Below, piece by piece: positions 39,162 through 49,800 of a DNA stretch of 64,000 nt. Below the pieces are notes generated by a model, which was not told the DNA's origin, did not search any database, and saw only the letters and a program-made list of their open reading frames with translations. Every line of letters starts with the position of its first letter. Positions within the stretch are counted from its first letter, which is position 1. The translations under genes and the position numbers were made by a program. The DNA is from Candidatus Thorarchaeota archaeon (lineage in GTDB: Archaea; Asgardarchaeota; Thorarchaeia; Thorarchaeales; Thorarchaeaceae): the NCBI GenBank assembly GCA_048884965.1, contig JBHLQH010000001.1, positions 249,559-313,558 on the forward strand. The letters are read 5' to 3'.

Positions 39162-42100
39162 ATGAGGATGTACTACCTTTCAGTGGTCTTACTTATGTTC
39201 ATAGTATTGACCATGCCTATTTCCTCATCAACCTCTCATATTCACACAAATTCATTGGAGCCGCTTCAGTTTTCGGAGATATTTGAGACCTCTACCTCCT
39301 CAGCCACTGGTATTCTAGATCCCATTACCATTGAACAAACTGGAAACTGGACCATCGATATGATACATGCTGAAACTGATGATGGCACAAACACGGAAAC
39401 CAATTTGCTAATTGATACAGCCAATGATTGGGTTGGGGATCTAGCGGTCGTGAATCTCTGGAACCCTGAGCGCTTATACATTTCTAATGGAAGCTTCTCA
39501 GACGGAATCATTGGAACAAACACAAACCCATCAGGATCTGCTTCATTCTATCCGTACGGATGGGATGCCTATAGCAATACTCCGAATCCTGATGAGGTAT
39601 GTTATGCCGGATATGATGGTCAAGCGATTTCAATGGAAATAAGAGGCGATAAAATCCTACCAACGACCTACAGCTTTACAAATAATACTTGGATTTATTG
39701 GACTCAAGATGTTATCAATGCTCCTGAGGAAACCTCGTTCTATCTTAGCTTCGATTATCTTTTCACAGATGGTCCTGACCTTAACAACAACATATCACTT
39801 CAAGTTCATGCAAATGATACTATGATTTGGAATACTACCGCTGAGTCACTAGTCATTGACACACCCTACACAACAGGTCAAGTTCTACTAGATTTATCTG
39901 AATTCACTGGAGTCTTTACCTTCAAGATCGGACTATATCTTAATGCCACGTTGGAGGTACCTGATAGAACTATCGCCTTTGAAGTTGATAACATCAAACT
40001 GACCAGTGTTTCTGGGCACACCTTTGATGATCTAAATATCTACTTCGGAATAAAGGGAACTTCGATTGAAGTCACAGGTGGATCTTTTGGATTTGCATCT
40101 ATTGAGAATGCCTCGTATTGGCAGACCTCAGTAGTGCCGATGAAATTATCATGCAACTATCCTGTATCCTTTGATTACAATGCTTCGATACGCAACCATC
40201 GGTTCTTCAACTCAACATATACGATAGATCCCACAAAGGAGGGTGTGGCTTTTGAGAGTCACTCCGGAGCAAGTTCCGATCTGACCTTCAATATGTACTT
40301 GGGAGGTATTCCAGACTTGGATGATTTCACGATCCTCGCACATCATCCCCAGGATTGGAATAATGTGACGGTATACAATCCCTTTTTGACTGATATAACT
40401 TCATTTTGCACTCTAGAATCTAGCAGCATCAAGATACCCGAAAGTATACTATACTCCTTGGGATGGTGGGAATTCAATATCCAATGCCCAAACTATCTAG
40501 ATTCGTTATTATCTCAAGTAAGCTATACTGGTCTTGATCCTTGGATTGATAATACCATTTTCATGTCCTCGGATGTTATTAGAGCATCAGTTCTGGTAGG
40601 TACAGAAGCATCAGAGCCTACAATCTCATCCCCTCTGAATATCACCCTCATCATGCCAAATGGTACCGAATGGTGGTCTGAGTCTCTCTTTGGATCTGCG
40701 GGTCAGATTCTCAATTCGACTGGAATTACATTAGGATCAGATAATACTACTGCAGGAATGTGGACGATTAGCGCAATATGGTCAAATGGGACAGAAGTCG
40801 CTTTCGGTGATGTGCTATTTGAAGTTCATCATGGTGCTACTCTAACGCCTGTGAATAGCATTGTCGAAACTGAAGTGGGTCAAACGATATCTGCCTTTGT
40901 CCTATTCCGAGATTCTGAAACAAATGAGATTTTACTCGATTCCTCTGCAGATGTATTTGGAAATTGGTCTGGCTCATCTGCGGTCTTTATTCCAAATGAG
41001 ATTCGCAACCGCTGGGAGGTTGATCTTGATACATCAGGGATTGAGCCAGGAGAATATACTCTAAGAGTCAATGCATCTCTGCAGTATTATTCTGACTCAT
41101 TTTGCAACATCATGATTATAGTAAATGCTGCAGACAACACCTTGGAGATACGTGAAAGTAATATCGAACTGGGTTTGGCAGGGACATTCACGACTTATGT
41201 GAACTATTCTGACAATATTGGAAATGGAATCGAAGGTGCAGAAATAACAGTATCAGCCATTGATCCTACTGGTGGTATCACATGGGGCAATGTTATAGAT
41301 CTTGGACAAGGCAACTATAGCATTGATCTCACCGCGATTATGTCGGGTACCTATAGTATCACGATTAGAGCCAATAAGATGTTCTACGAATATGCAGAGG
41401 ACAATCTCATAGTATTGATTGGCAAATATGACGCCTCATTATCCTCGACAAATGGCACCTCCAAAACAATCAGCTATGGTCAATCTTATCGCTTTGTCTT
41501 ACGATACCAAAACGGTACGGGATATGGATTGGCAGGAGCTTCAGTTTCTGTTTCTAGTGTGTCTCCATCCAGCGGACTCATATATAGTTCAATCATTGAT
41601 GAAGGTGATGGATACTACTCGGTAATTTTGACACCTTCAGCAACAGGATCTTTTACTATCATAACACATGCAGAAATCCTTAACCATGAGCAATCATTAT
41701 GTTCTTTCACACTTTCATCTACTGCGGTCCCAACATTGCTGACAATAGAGTCAGTAGATGAGGTCATATCGATTGACCAAAATTGCACCGTTCTTTTGAA
41801 ATTCGCAAATGAAACAGGTATTGGGATTGAAGGAGCATTCTTCACTCTTATCTCCCCTCCAGCTGGACTTACCTTCTCCTCATTCATTGAAATGGGGGAT
41901 GGTATATATCAGATTATCATCACCCCCTTGGAAATTGGTGATTATCAAATCCGATTCAAAGCCCAAGCAGCGAACCACATAGATGCTACGACCTCCGTTG
42001 GCATCTCAGTTGAACTAATCCAAACTCAACTGGTCATTCTCAATCAAGACGAAATCATAGAAACACAATTCGGCGTGAATGTTGAGGTTCATATTCGGTT

Positions 42101-43676
42101 TTACAGAACCGATACATTTGCGAACATCTCAGATGCGAATATCACTCTAATGCAAGAGGGTCAAGTCCTACTTAATTATAGCATAACCGAGAGCGATGAC
42201 TACTACATCTTGTTTCTATATGCCACCTTAGTTGAGTCATTCGAATTCAGTATCCGTGCGGCAAGTCCTCTGCATCGAGATGCGAATCTAGATATCCAAT
42301 ACTCCGTAAATGCGATAGCAACAGATCTCACTGATCTAAGTTTGAATACCTTGTTTATTGGTCGTAACTATTCCTACATTGTAGTATTCACAACTAGTGA
42401 GGGGAGTACTGGGATCATAGACGCTGCTATCGAGCCAAGCGGAAGAGGTTCTGACTGGTGTGTGGTAACATCTATAGGAGAGGGACAGTATAACATCACT
42501 ATATCACCTCTTGACTATGGCTCCTTTACTGTAAGTCTTGATTTTGAAAAAGATGGATATCTAACATCGACATTAGAACTTACTTTCACAGTTGCTTCAA
42601 TCCCTATAGAGATGCAAGTGTCTGTGTCTCCTTGGTATGAGAAACAGGGGCTCACTGTCAACGTCACACTCTCAGCATCCGATAATGATGAGCCGGTTAC
42701 TGGAGCGATAATCCAATGTATTCTTAGATCGAATGGTATTGATGAATACGAGTGGATTCTTGATGAGGTATCACCTGGATTCTATTCCAAATCCATCATA
42801 CCGAATTGGCAACGTTTGGATGTTGTATCTCTGCTTATTCATGTCGACAAGGAAGATTATTCCTCTCTGAGTCAATCCTTTCAGATCTTCCAGAGGCCAT
42901 ATGAACGAACGACACTAGAAGTATTCGTTGATTTCATCATGATTCCTCTCTTTGCAAGTCTAGGGGCGGTCTTTGGTTTGGCTTTATCAGTTCGGTCCTA
43001 TGGAAGAAGAAAGACTAGAATTCGAAGAGATCTCATGGAGATAAAGATGAGATTTGATGACGTGAGTAATATATTGGGTATGTTGATTTTGCATAAACGA
43101 AGTGGCTTGCCAATATTCTCAAAGGTTCTCAAGGGCGGATTTGAAGAAGGAATGCTGTCAGCTTTCATCACGGCTATCACTCATTTCAGATCCGAGTTCG
43201 ATACAAATGGATCTGATGATGAGCATGAATGGAAGATAACGCCAATATCTGATATAATCAGAGCTGTTCCAACACACAATCTGATTTGTGCCTTTGTCAC
43301 CCTTACTTCTCCATCACTTCTCCAAGAGGCAAATATGCTCTTATTCTCTCGTGCTATCGGTCTGAAGTTTGACAACGATATGGAATCAGCTCCAACACAG
43401 GTAGCTGATAAAGAAACGACAGGTTGGATAGATGAAACATTCAATGACTACCTAGATGGATTTTTGCTTCACCAATACCGTATCTCCCCAACCGCAAAAT
43501 CATCAAGGAAGATCCAAAGGATTAACGAAGCTAGAGCAACTGCGGGTTTGGGTAACCAATTTACTCCGTTCGAGTTATCGCGAGGATTCATAGCAAATGG
43601 GATCGATGAAGGTGTTGCTTACAAGTTGATTCTAGACTCGATTAATACGAAACTTCTGATAGAAGATGATAACTAG
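39162..43676 (+). CDS. Giant type-I membrane glycoprotein B (paralog)
   Basis: Same architecture; LILHKRSGLPIFSKVLKGGFEEGMLSAFITAITHF. Confidence 0.8.
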   Translation: MRMYYLSVVLLMFIVLTMPISSSTSHIHTNSLEPLQFSEIFETSTSSATGILDPITIEQTGNWTIDMIHAETDDGTNTETNLLIDTANDWVGDLAVVNLWNPERLYISNGSFSDGIIGTNTNPSGSASFYPYGWDAYSNTPNPDEVCYAGYDGQAISMEIRGDKILPTTYSFTNNTWIYWTQDVINAPEETSFYLSFDYLFTDGPDLNNNISLQVHANDTMIWNTTAESLVIDTPYTTGQVLLDLSEFTGVFTFKIGLYLNATLEVPDRTIAFEVDNIKLTSVSGHTFDDLNIYFGIKGTSIEVTGGSFGFASIENASYWQTSVVPMKLSCNYPVSFDYNASIRNHRFFNSTYTIDPTKEGVAFESHSGASSDLTFNMYLGGIPDLDDFTILAHHPQDWNNVTVYNPFLTDITSFCTLESSSIKIPESILYSLGWWEFNIQCPNYLDSLLSQVSYTGLDPWIDNTIFMSSDVIRASVLVGTEASEPTISSPLNITLIMPNGTEWWSESLFGSAGQILNSTGITLGSDNTTAGMWTISAIWSNGTEVAFGDVLFEVHHGATLTPVNSIVETEVGQTISAFVLFRDSETNEILLDSSADVFGNWSGSSAVFIPNEIRNRWEVDLDTSGIEPGEYTLRVNASLQYYSDSFCNIMIIVNAADNTLEIRESNIELGLAGTFTTYVNYSDNIGNGIEGAEITVSAIDPTGGITWGNVIDLGQGNYSIDLTAIMSGTYSITIRANKMFYEYAEDNLIVLIGKYDASLSSTNGTSKTISYGQSYRFVLRYQNGTGYGLAGASVSVSSVSPSSGLIYSSIIDEGDGYYSVILTPSATGSFTIITHAEILNHEQSLCSFTLSSTAVPTLLTIESVDEVISIDQNCTVLLKFANETGIGIEGAFFTLISPPAGLTFSSFIEMGDGIYQIIITPLEIGDYQIRFKAQAANHIDATTSVGISVELIQTQLVILNQDEIIETQFGVNVEVHIRFYRTDTFANISDANITLMQEGQVLLNYSITESDDYYILFLYATLVESFEFSIRAASPLHRDANLDIQYSVNAIATDLTDLSLNTLFIGRNYSYIVVFTTSEGSTGIIDAAIEPSGRGSDWCVVTSIGEGQYNITISPLDYGSFTVSLDFEKDGYLTSTLELTFTVASIPIEMQVSVSPWYEKQGLTVNVTLSASDNDEPVTGAIIQCILRSNGIDEYEWILDEVSPGFYSKSIIPNWQRLDVVSLLIHVDKEDYSSLSQSFQIFQRPYERTTLEVFVDFIMIPLFASLGAVFGLALSVRSYGRRKTRIRRDLMEIKMRFDDVSNILGMLILHKRSGLPIFSKVLKGGFEEGMLSAFITAITHFRSEFDTNGSDDEHEWKITPISDIIRAVPTHNLICAFVTLTSPSLLQEANMLLFSRAIGLKFDNDMESAPTQVADKETTGWIDETFNDYLDGFLLHQYRISPTAKSSRKIQRINEARATAGLGNQFTPFELSRGFIANGIDEGVAYKLILDSINTKLLIEDDN

Positions 43677-43814
43677 TCACTTCACTATCTTTCCTGTTTT
43701 CGATTTTTGAGAGACAGTACATCATCGGAATGGTTTTTTGTATCTAAACATAACCATTATGAGGCTAGCCACCACTCAAAACAGACCGTATCAGGTCATT
43801 CTGAGGGTTGCTAG

Positions 43815-46800
43815 ATGCTTGCTAGAGGAAAGAGCCTAATCTTTATTGTAGTATTATTCATTCCTTTATTGGTCATCCCCACTAATAGAGGAACCATATA
43901 CAATTCGAACAATACTATGCTTGCTCCAACGCCCGAAGACACACCAGTATCTCTAGGCAATCCATCTTTACCTCGCACTAATCAGATTTTCGAGAACTAT
44001 GCTAACAAATTCTCAATTGCACAATCAGATATCAATGGCATCTTGGACCCGGTTTCAATAGAACAACAAGGATACTATGCATCAGGGAACATCAGCGCAC
44101 GAACTGATAATGGACTGAATACTGGAACCAATCTCTCACTTGACTCTGCTCATAACTGGGTAGCTGATCTTGCTGAGGTTTCGGTTTGGAATCTTGAGAA
44201 GCTCTATGCTGTCAATGGAAGTTTCGATGAGGGAATCCCTGGAACGAATGTGTTTCCTTCTGGGGATGTGTCCTACCACCCTGTTGGCTGGGATGCGAAT
44301 AGCACAGATACAGCGACCTATGCTGATGATGTGCAAATTGCTGCATATGATTCGAGTGGGCGACAGTATATTACTGTAGAAAGCCAAGGAGGGAAGGAAG
44401 GTCAGAATGCATTTGGTCATGTCGCAGGCACAGAAATTCTTTGGACACAAGAGATGGTAAATGCACCATACACCGAAGACTTTGTGTTGAGTTTTGATTA
44501 TTTCTACCTTCGCGGACCCATCGATGGTCCCGGTGTTAACCCCCTTACAGGAAACTGCAGCATCGCCCTATTCATAAATGGCACGAACGTCTGGAATATG
44601 AGCCTACTCCTTTTGTCACAGCGAGGTGTTTGGTTTGAAACAGGGGATATCCCCATTACAATCCCAAGCGCTCCAAGTGCTATGCTCTTTGAGATAGGAT
44701 TAGTGATTGATGAATCACTCATTTTAGACAAACGGTATGACTATGATGGCGATGCTGAGAACCTTCCTGATGGTATAGATAACTCCGCATATATCACCGT
44801 ATTCATGGATGATATATCGTTCATAAAATCCGTCGCTCCTACACCAGAAGAAGTAGATTTGGAATTCACCACTGGTGGTGTCTTCTCTCCCTTAACTGGT
44901 TCCTTAGGGATTTACAATGCATCAATCACAAACACCTCCTATTGGACAATAAGCCCAATCCCTGTAGAGGTTGTTTCTAATACTAGTGTTTCATTCGATT
45001 ATGAAGCTCGTCTTCTTGCTCATAGATTTACTGACTCGAATTGGCGAACAGACATTTCTGACTATGGCGTTTCGTATACCGTACAACATGGGATCAGCCC
45101 CTCTCTGACTTTCTATTCATATGTAGGCTATCTTGGTGGTTATGAAGAGCCTCAGATGATAATTCGCTTCCCTAAAGATTGGGAGAACGCAACGATTTCT
45201 GACCCATTCCTAATAGATTTGACAGGATCTTGTACAATCATGGAAGGAAATATCTCCGTTCCCAGTTCTATTCTCGATCGACTTGGCTGGTGGCAGATCG
45301 AGCTAGAATCACCGAATTACGCAAAAGCAATAGAGATACAGAAATATGATTCTTCAACTGGATGGGAAGCGGCAACAACCTATCGAGTAGGGAATGAAAC
45401 ACGTCCTTCAGTCGAAATAGGAACTCTACTCGAAACTCCCTCGACATTGTCAAATGTTAACATTTCATGGTACATGCCAAATGGTACAATTTGGTTTTAT
45501 GAATCTGCATCTGGAGGAATTGATGGTGCTATAAATGGTACTTCAAAGATATTGGATAACTCTCTAGCTGGACAATGGCAAATCGAGTACATTTGGTGCA
45601 ACGGGACCGAAGTTGCGTATCAAGTTGGTCATTTTGAAGTCTATCACTCTTCGACCCTCACATCCCTAGATACAATTATAGAAACAGAAGTAGGCGATAT
45701 CATTACGGGTAGGGTCAGGTTTCTGGATGGTGACAATGGAAACTACTTGATGGAGAATGCAATTATCAAAGCAAATTGGTCAGGGTCTGCTCTTGCCTTT
45801 GATCCCAACCCCACCCGAAAGTGGTGGGAGGTGGATCTAGATACCAGTGTCGTTGGAGCTGGTCTATTTCTTGTGAAGGTGAATGCAACTCTGCCCTACT
45901 ATGATCTGGCATTTTGTGAATTTTCTGTACTTGCTACGAATGTTACTAGATTGACTTCCCCCAATTCCCCATGGACTTCTGCAGCGTGGGAAGATATAGC
46001 TACACTCACTTTCAATTATCAAAGATATGATTCTATTAGCACAGTTTGGGTCCCTGTGACAAATACCACCAATGATGTCGTAGCGACTGTGAATTGGACG
46101 CTCGGGGAATGGGCTATTTCTGAATCTGGAGTTGCTGGAATCTATGAGCTGACGATCAACACTGCCGTAAAACCGGTTGGTGACTATCTCCTGAATGTGT
46201 CCTTCTCAAAACCCGCTCACCAGACGAAACAGTTGGTTCTCGCTCTTGTTGTAACACCACAGGTAAGCACTTTGAACATCTTTAATGGAACGTCTGCTCA
46301 GTTGGACATTGCAGATACCTTCGTTCTGAAGATGAATTATACGGATTCAGGAGGTCATTATGTCGAAGGTGCAACTATTGTCGTTGATCAAGTCACTCCG
46401 AGCTCAGGTCTCTCCATTTCTACAATTGATCCAGTGTCAGGTGAACTTGGTAACTATTCACTATCCATAACCATCAATGGGATTGGTGTTTACACAATTC
46501 GATTCTTGGCTTCAAAGGACGGATATCAATCGGCTGCAAGTGTGTTTATACTTGTTGTAAATGATGTCCCAACAGATCTTTCTGTGACTTCTGGGGCTAC
46601 TGCTCAAATTGACCTCTCCGATACATTCACAGCGACATATCACTTCGAGATGTTTAATGGATCTCCCATAGTAGGTGCGCAATTGAGCGTACTCTATTCC
46701 GGTCCTGCTGGAGGTCTGTCGTGGAATGCTCCGGTTGATGAAGGCTCTGGCGACTATTCGATTCAATTCGATTCAACTATCTCAGGAGCATATCTTATCA

Positions 46801-49800
46801 CAGTAGCTAGTGTCAAACCATATTTCCAGAGTGATGCTGTGTCATTCTTCCTTTCAGTTAACGAGATCAGTACGAATTTTGTTGTTCTAAATGGCACTGC
46901 AGATACCATCGACTTTGGACAGACATATCATCTGGTCCTATATTATTCCAATGTGACACCATATGGATTAGCAGGTGCAACTGTGGAAATTGTAACTATC
47001 AGTCCTAGTTCAGGCTTGCAATCGAGTTCCATAACCGATGAAGGAAATGGACTCTATTCACTAACACTGGATCCCCACCAAGTGGAAATATTCACCCTCG
47101 TCATTCGAGCAAATCTTACCAATCATCAGACACAGGTCACATCCTTCACATTGAACGTGAATGACATAATCACGAGTCTAGAAATCAAAACTGGAATTAG
47201 TGCAGAAATTGGTTTGACAGACACATTTGAAGCGATTGCCTATTATGAGATGTTTAATGGCACTGGTGTTGAGAATGCGAACATCAATGTGTACTATTCA
47301 GGTCCCTCAGGACTTTCATGGACTCCTCCGTCTGATGAAGGTCTAGGCAACTACTCATTAGTATTCAGTGCAACAACTTCAGGAACCTATCTCGTTACAA
47401 TCACTGCATCGAAGACGGATCATCAAACTGCTTCAAGCTATTTCTTCCTTCTAATAGGAGATATTACTACTCATCTTGATGTACTCAATGGTACCTCCAA
47501 GACCATAGAATATGGTCAAACCTGTAGGCTTGTTCTATCGTATTACAATACATCCTATACAGGTTTGGAAGGAGCAAATCTCAGCATTATATCTGTGACT
47601 CCAAGTATTGGTCTTGCTTTAGGAGCATTCGTTGAGGAGGGAAACGGCTTCTATAGCATTATACTAGATCCACAAGTCGATGACACCTTTACGTTACTCT
47701 TTAGTGCCAATTTGACCAATCATCAAACTCAATTCGCGACATTCACCCTTGTTTCCAATCCCGTTTCAACAGAACTAATGATTCTGAATTCTACGACTTC
47801 TCTTGCAGTTATACAAAACTTCACCCTGTATCTTCGCTATGAAACTGGATCTGCGGTTGGAATTCCAGGAGCTACTCTTGAAATCTCGACAAGTCCGGTG
47901 GGGTTGACTCTGTCTGAGTTCGAGGATGTCGGGAATGGGTATTACAGGATCTACATATTCCCAACGCAAACTGGAAGCTTCCAATTCACCGTGTCAGGGT
48001 CAAAGCAGTTTTATCAGACCGAAAGTGCATCAGTATTTCTGGTCGTGAATGAGATTGCAAGTGAACTACTTATGCTGAATGGCACCTCTGAAACTATTCT
48101 ATTTGGTGAGTCTTTCAATCTCGTAGTTCTTTTCAAGAATAGTTCTGCATACGGACTTCAGGGAGCTTCTCTCTCATTCATCAGCATAAGTCCTTCAGGA
48201 CTTTCTACGACGCCCTTCTTGGATGAAGGTGAGGGTATCTATAGTACAACTTTGAGTCCAACTAAGAGTAGAACATTCTCCATTCTTATCAAGGCAAATC
48301 TCACGAATCATGAAGTGAAATATGGGTCCTATATTCTGGTGGTTGAGCCAATTTCAACGGTTCTAAAAGCGATGAACTCTACGGAAACCATCTCTGTTGA
48401 CAGCAACTATAATCTTACGCTTCGGTTTGAGGATGGCTATGGAAATGGGATATCTGGAGCTTTGGTTGAGACCATCAACACCCCTGACGGTATTGCGATA
48501 TCATTTATTCAGGACATCGGACTTGGATACTATCGGATTCATCTTGATCCCTCTGGAGTCGACGTCTTCAACCTCCTGTTCAAAGCCTCTCGGGAGAATC
48601 ACCAGAATGCATCTGTCGCATACATCCTTGAAGTAAGCCTCATTCCAACGGTGATCTACTTTGAAGGAGATATCACCTCAGGTAGTACGCTTTTTGGAGA
48701 GGAATTCAATATACATGCATTCTTCCATCGGACCGACACAACGATGAATGTCACATCCGCAGTCGTCAACGCGACTTCCTCGGAAGAAGCGCTGATATTC
48801 ATCATCGAAGATTTGGGTGAAGGATATCGCATCGGAGTGAAAGCATATGAATTGGGCATCCATGTAATTAATGTCCTCATCTCGAAAGACAATCATGAAT
48901 CACACATTGCCAGATTTACCTTGACTGTTCAAGAGATACCTACTGTCTTGCTTTGGGAAAACGTTCCTGAAGAAATATCGTTCAATCAGACTCATATCAT
49001 GACATTCTCCTATCTATTTGATGGGAATGATAGTGGAATCTCTGATCATTCGATACAGGTAGTTGGTTCAAAAGCCAACTGGGTTAGCATTGAGCAAATC
49101 GATGTAGGCACCTATGAACTTACCATTAGAGCCAATGAGATTGGCACCTTTTCTCTTTCGTTCCAATTCAGTGGAGCTGGTCTTGAAGATCAGAATTTCG
49201 CCTTAACCTTTTCAGTTGTCACTATCAGAGTTGATGTCCGGCTGATATCTGAAAGCATCTCTCTAGAAGGATTGACATACAATATCATTGTCGACCTTGT
49301 TCAGGCTGGAACGAACATATCCATCACAAATGCTGTGCTTAGCTGTCGCTTAGACTATCCAGATAGTCTATGGACAATAATGAGTGAGATTTCCCCTGGG
49401 CGATATGGTGGGAATATCTTGTTGCCCAGTGTAGATGCAACTACTTCGTACGAAATCCTGTTCTACCTAGATAAGGCGAATCATAATTTACTGCCGCTAT
49501 CTCTGTCCCTAGTTGTGAATAACGATGTTGGACAAGATATAATGCGGGTTGTCACCTATGGGGGCAGCTCGGGTGGTCTGCTCCTAGTATTGCTCATCGG
49601 TCTTCGCATGTCACGTACAAGGAAGAGGAAACGAAATCTCAAAGCAATCGCAATCAAGCAACGTTTCGATGATGTCAAGAATATGATTGGAATAATCATA
49701 CTCCACAAGAAGAGTGGGTTGCCCATTTATTCGAAGACATTGAAGGGCGGATTTGATGAGTCCATGGTTTCTGCGTTCATTACTGCTGTATCGCACTTCA

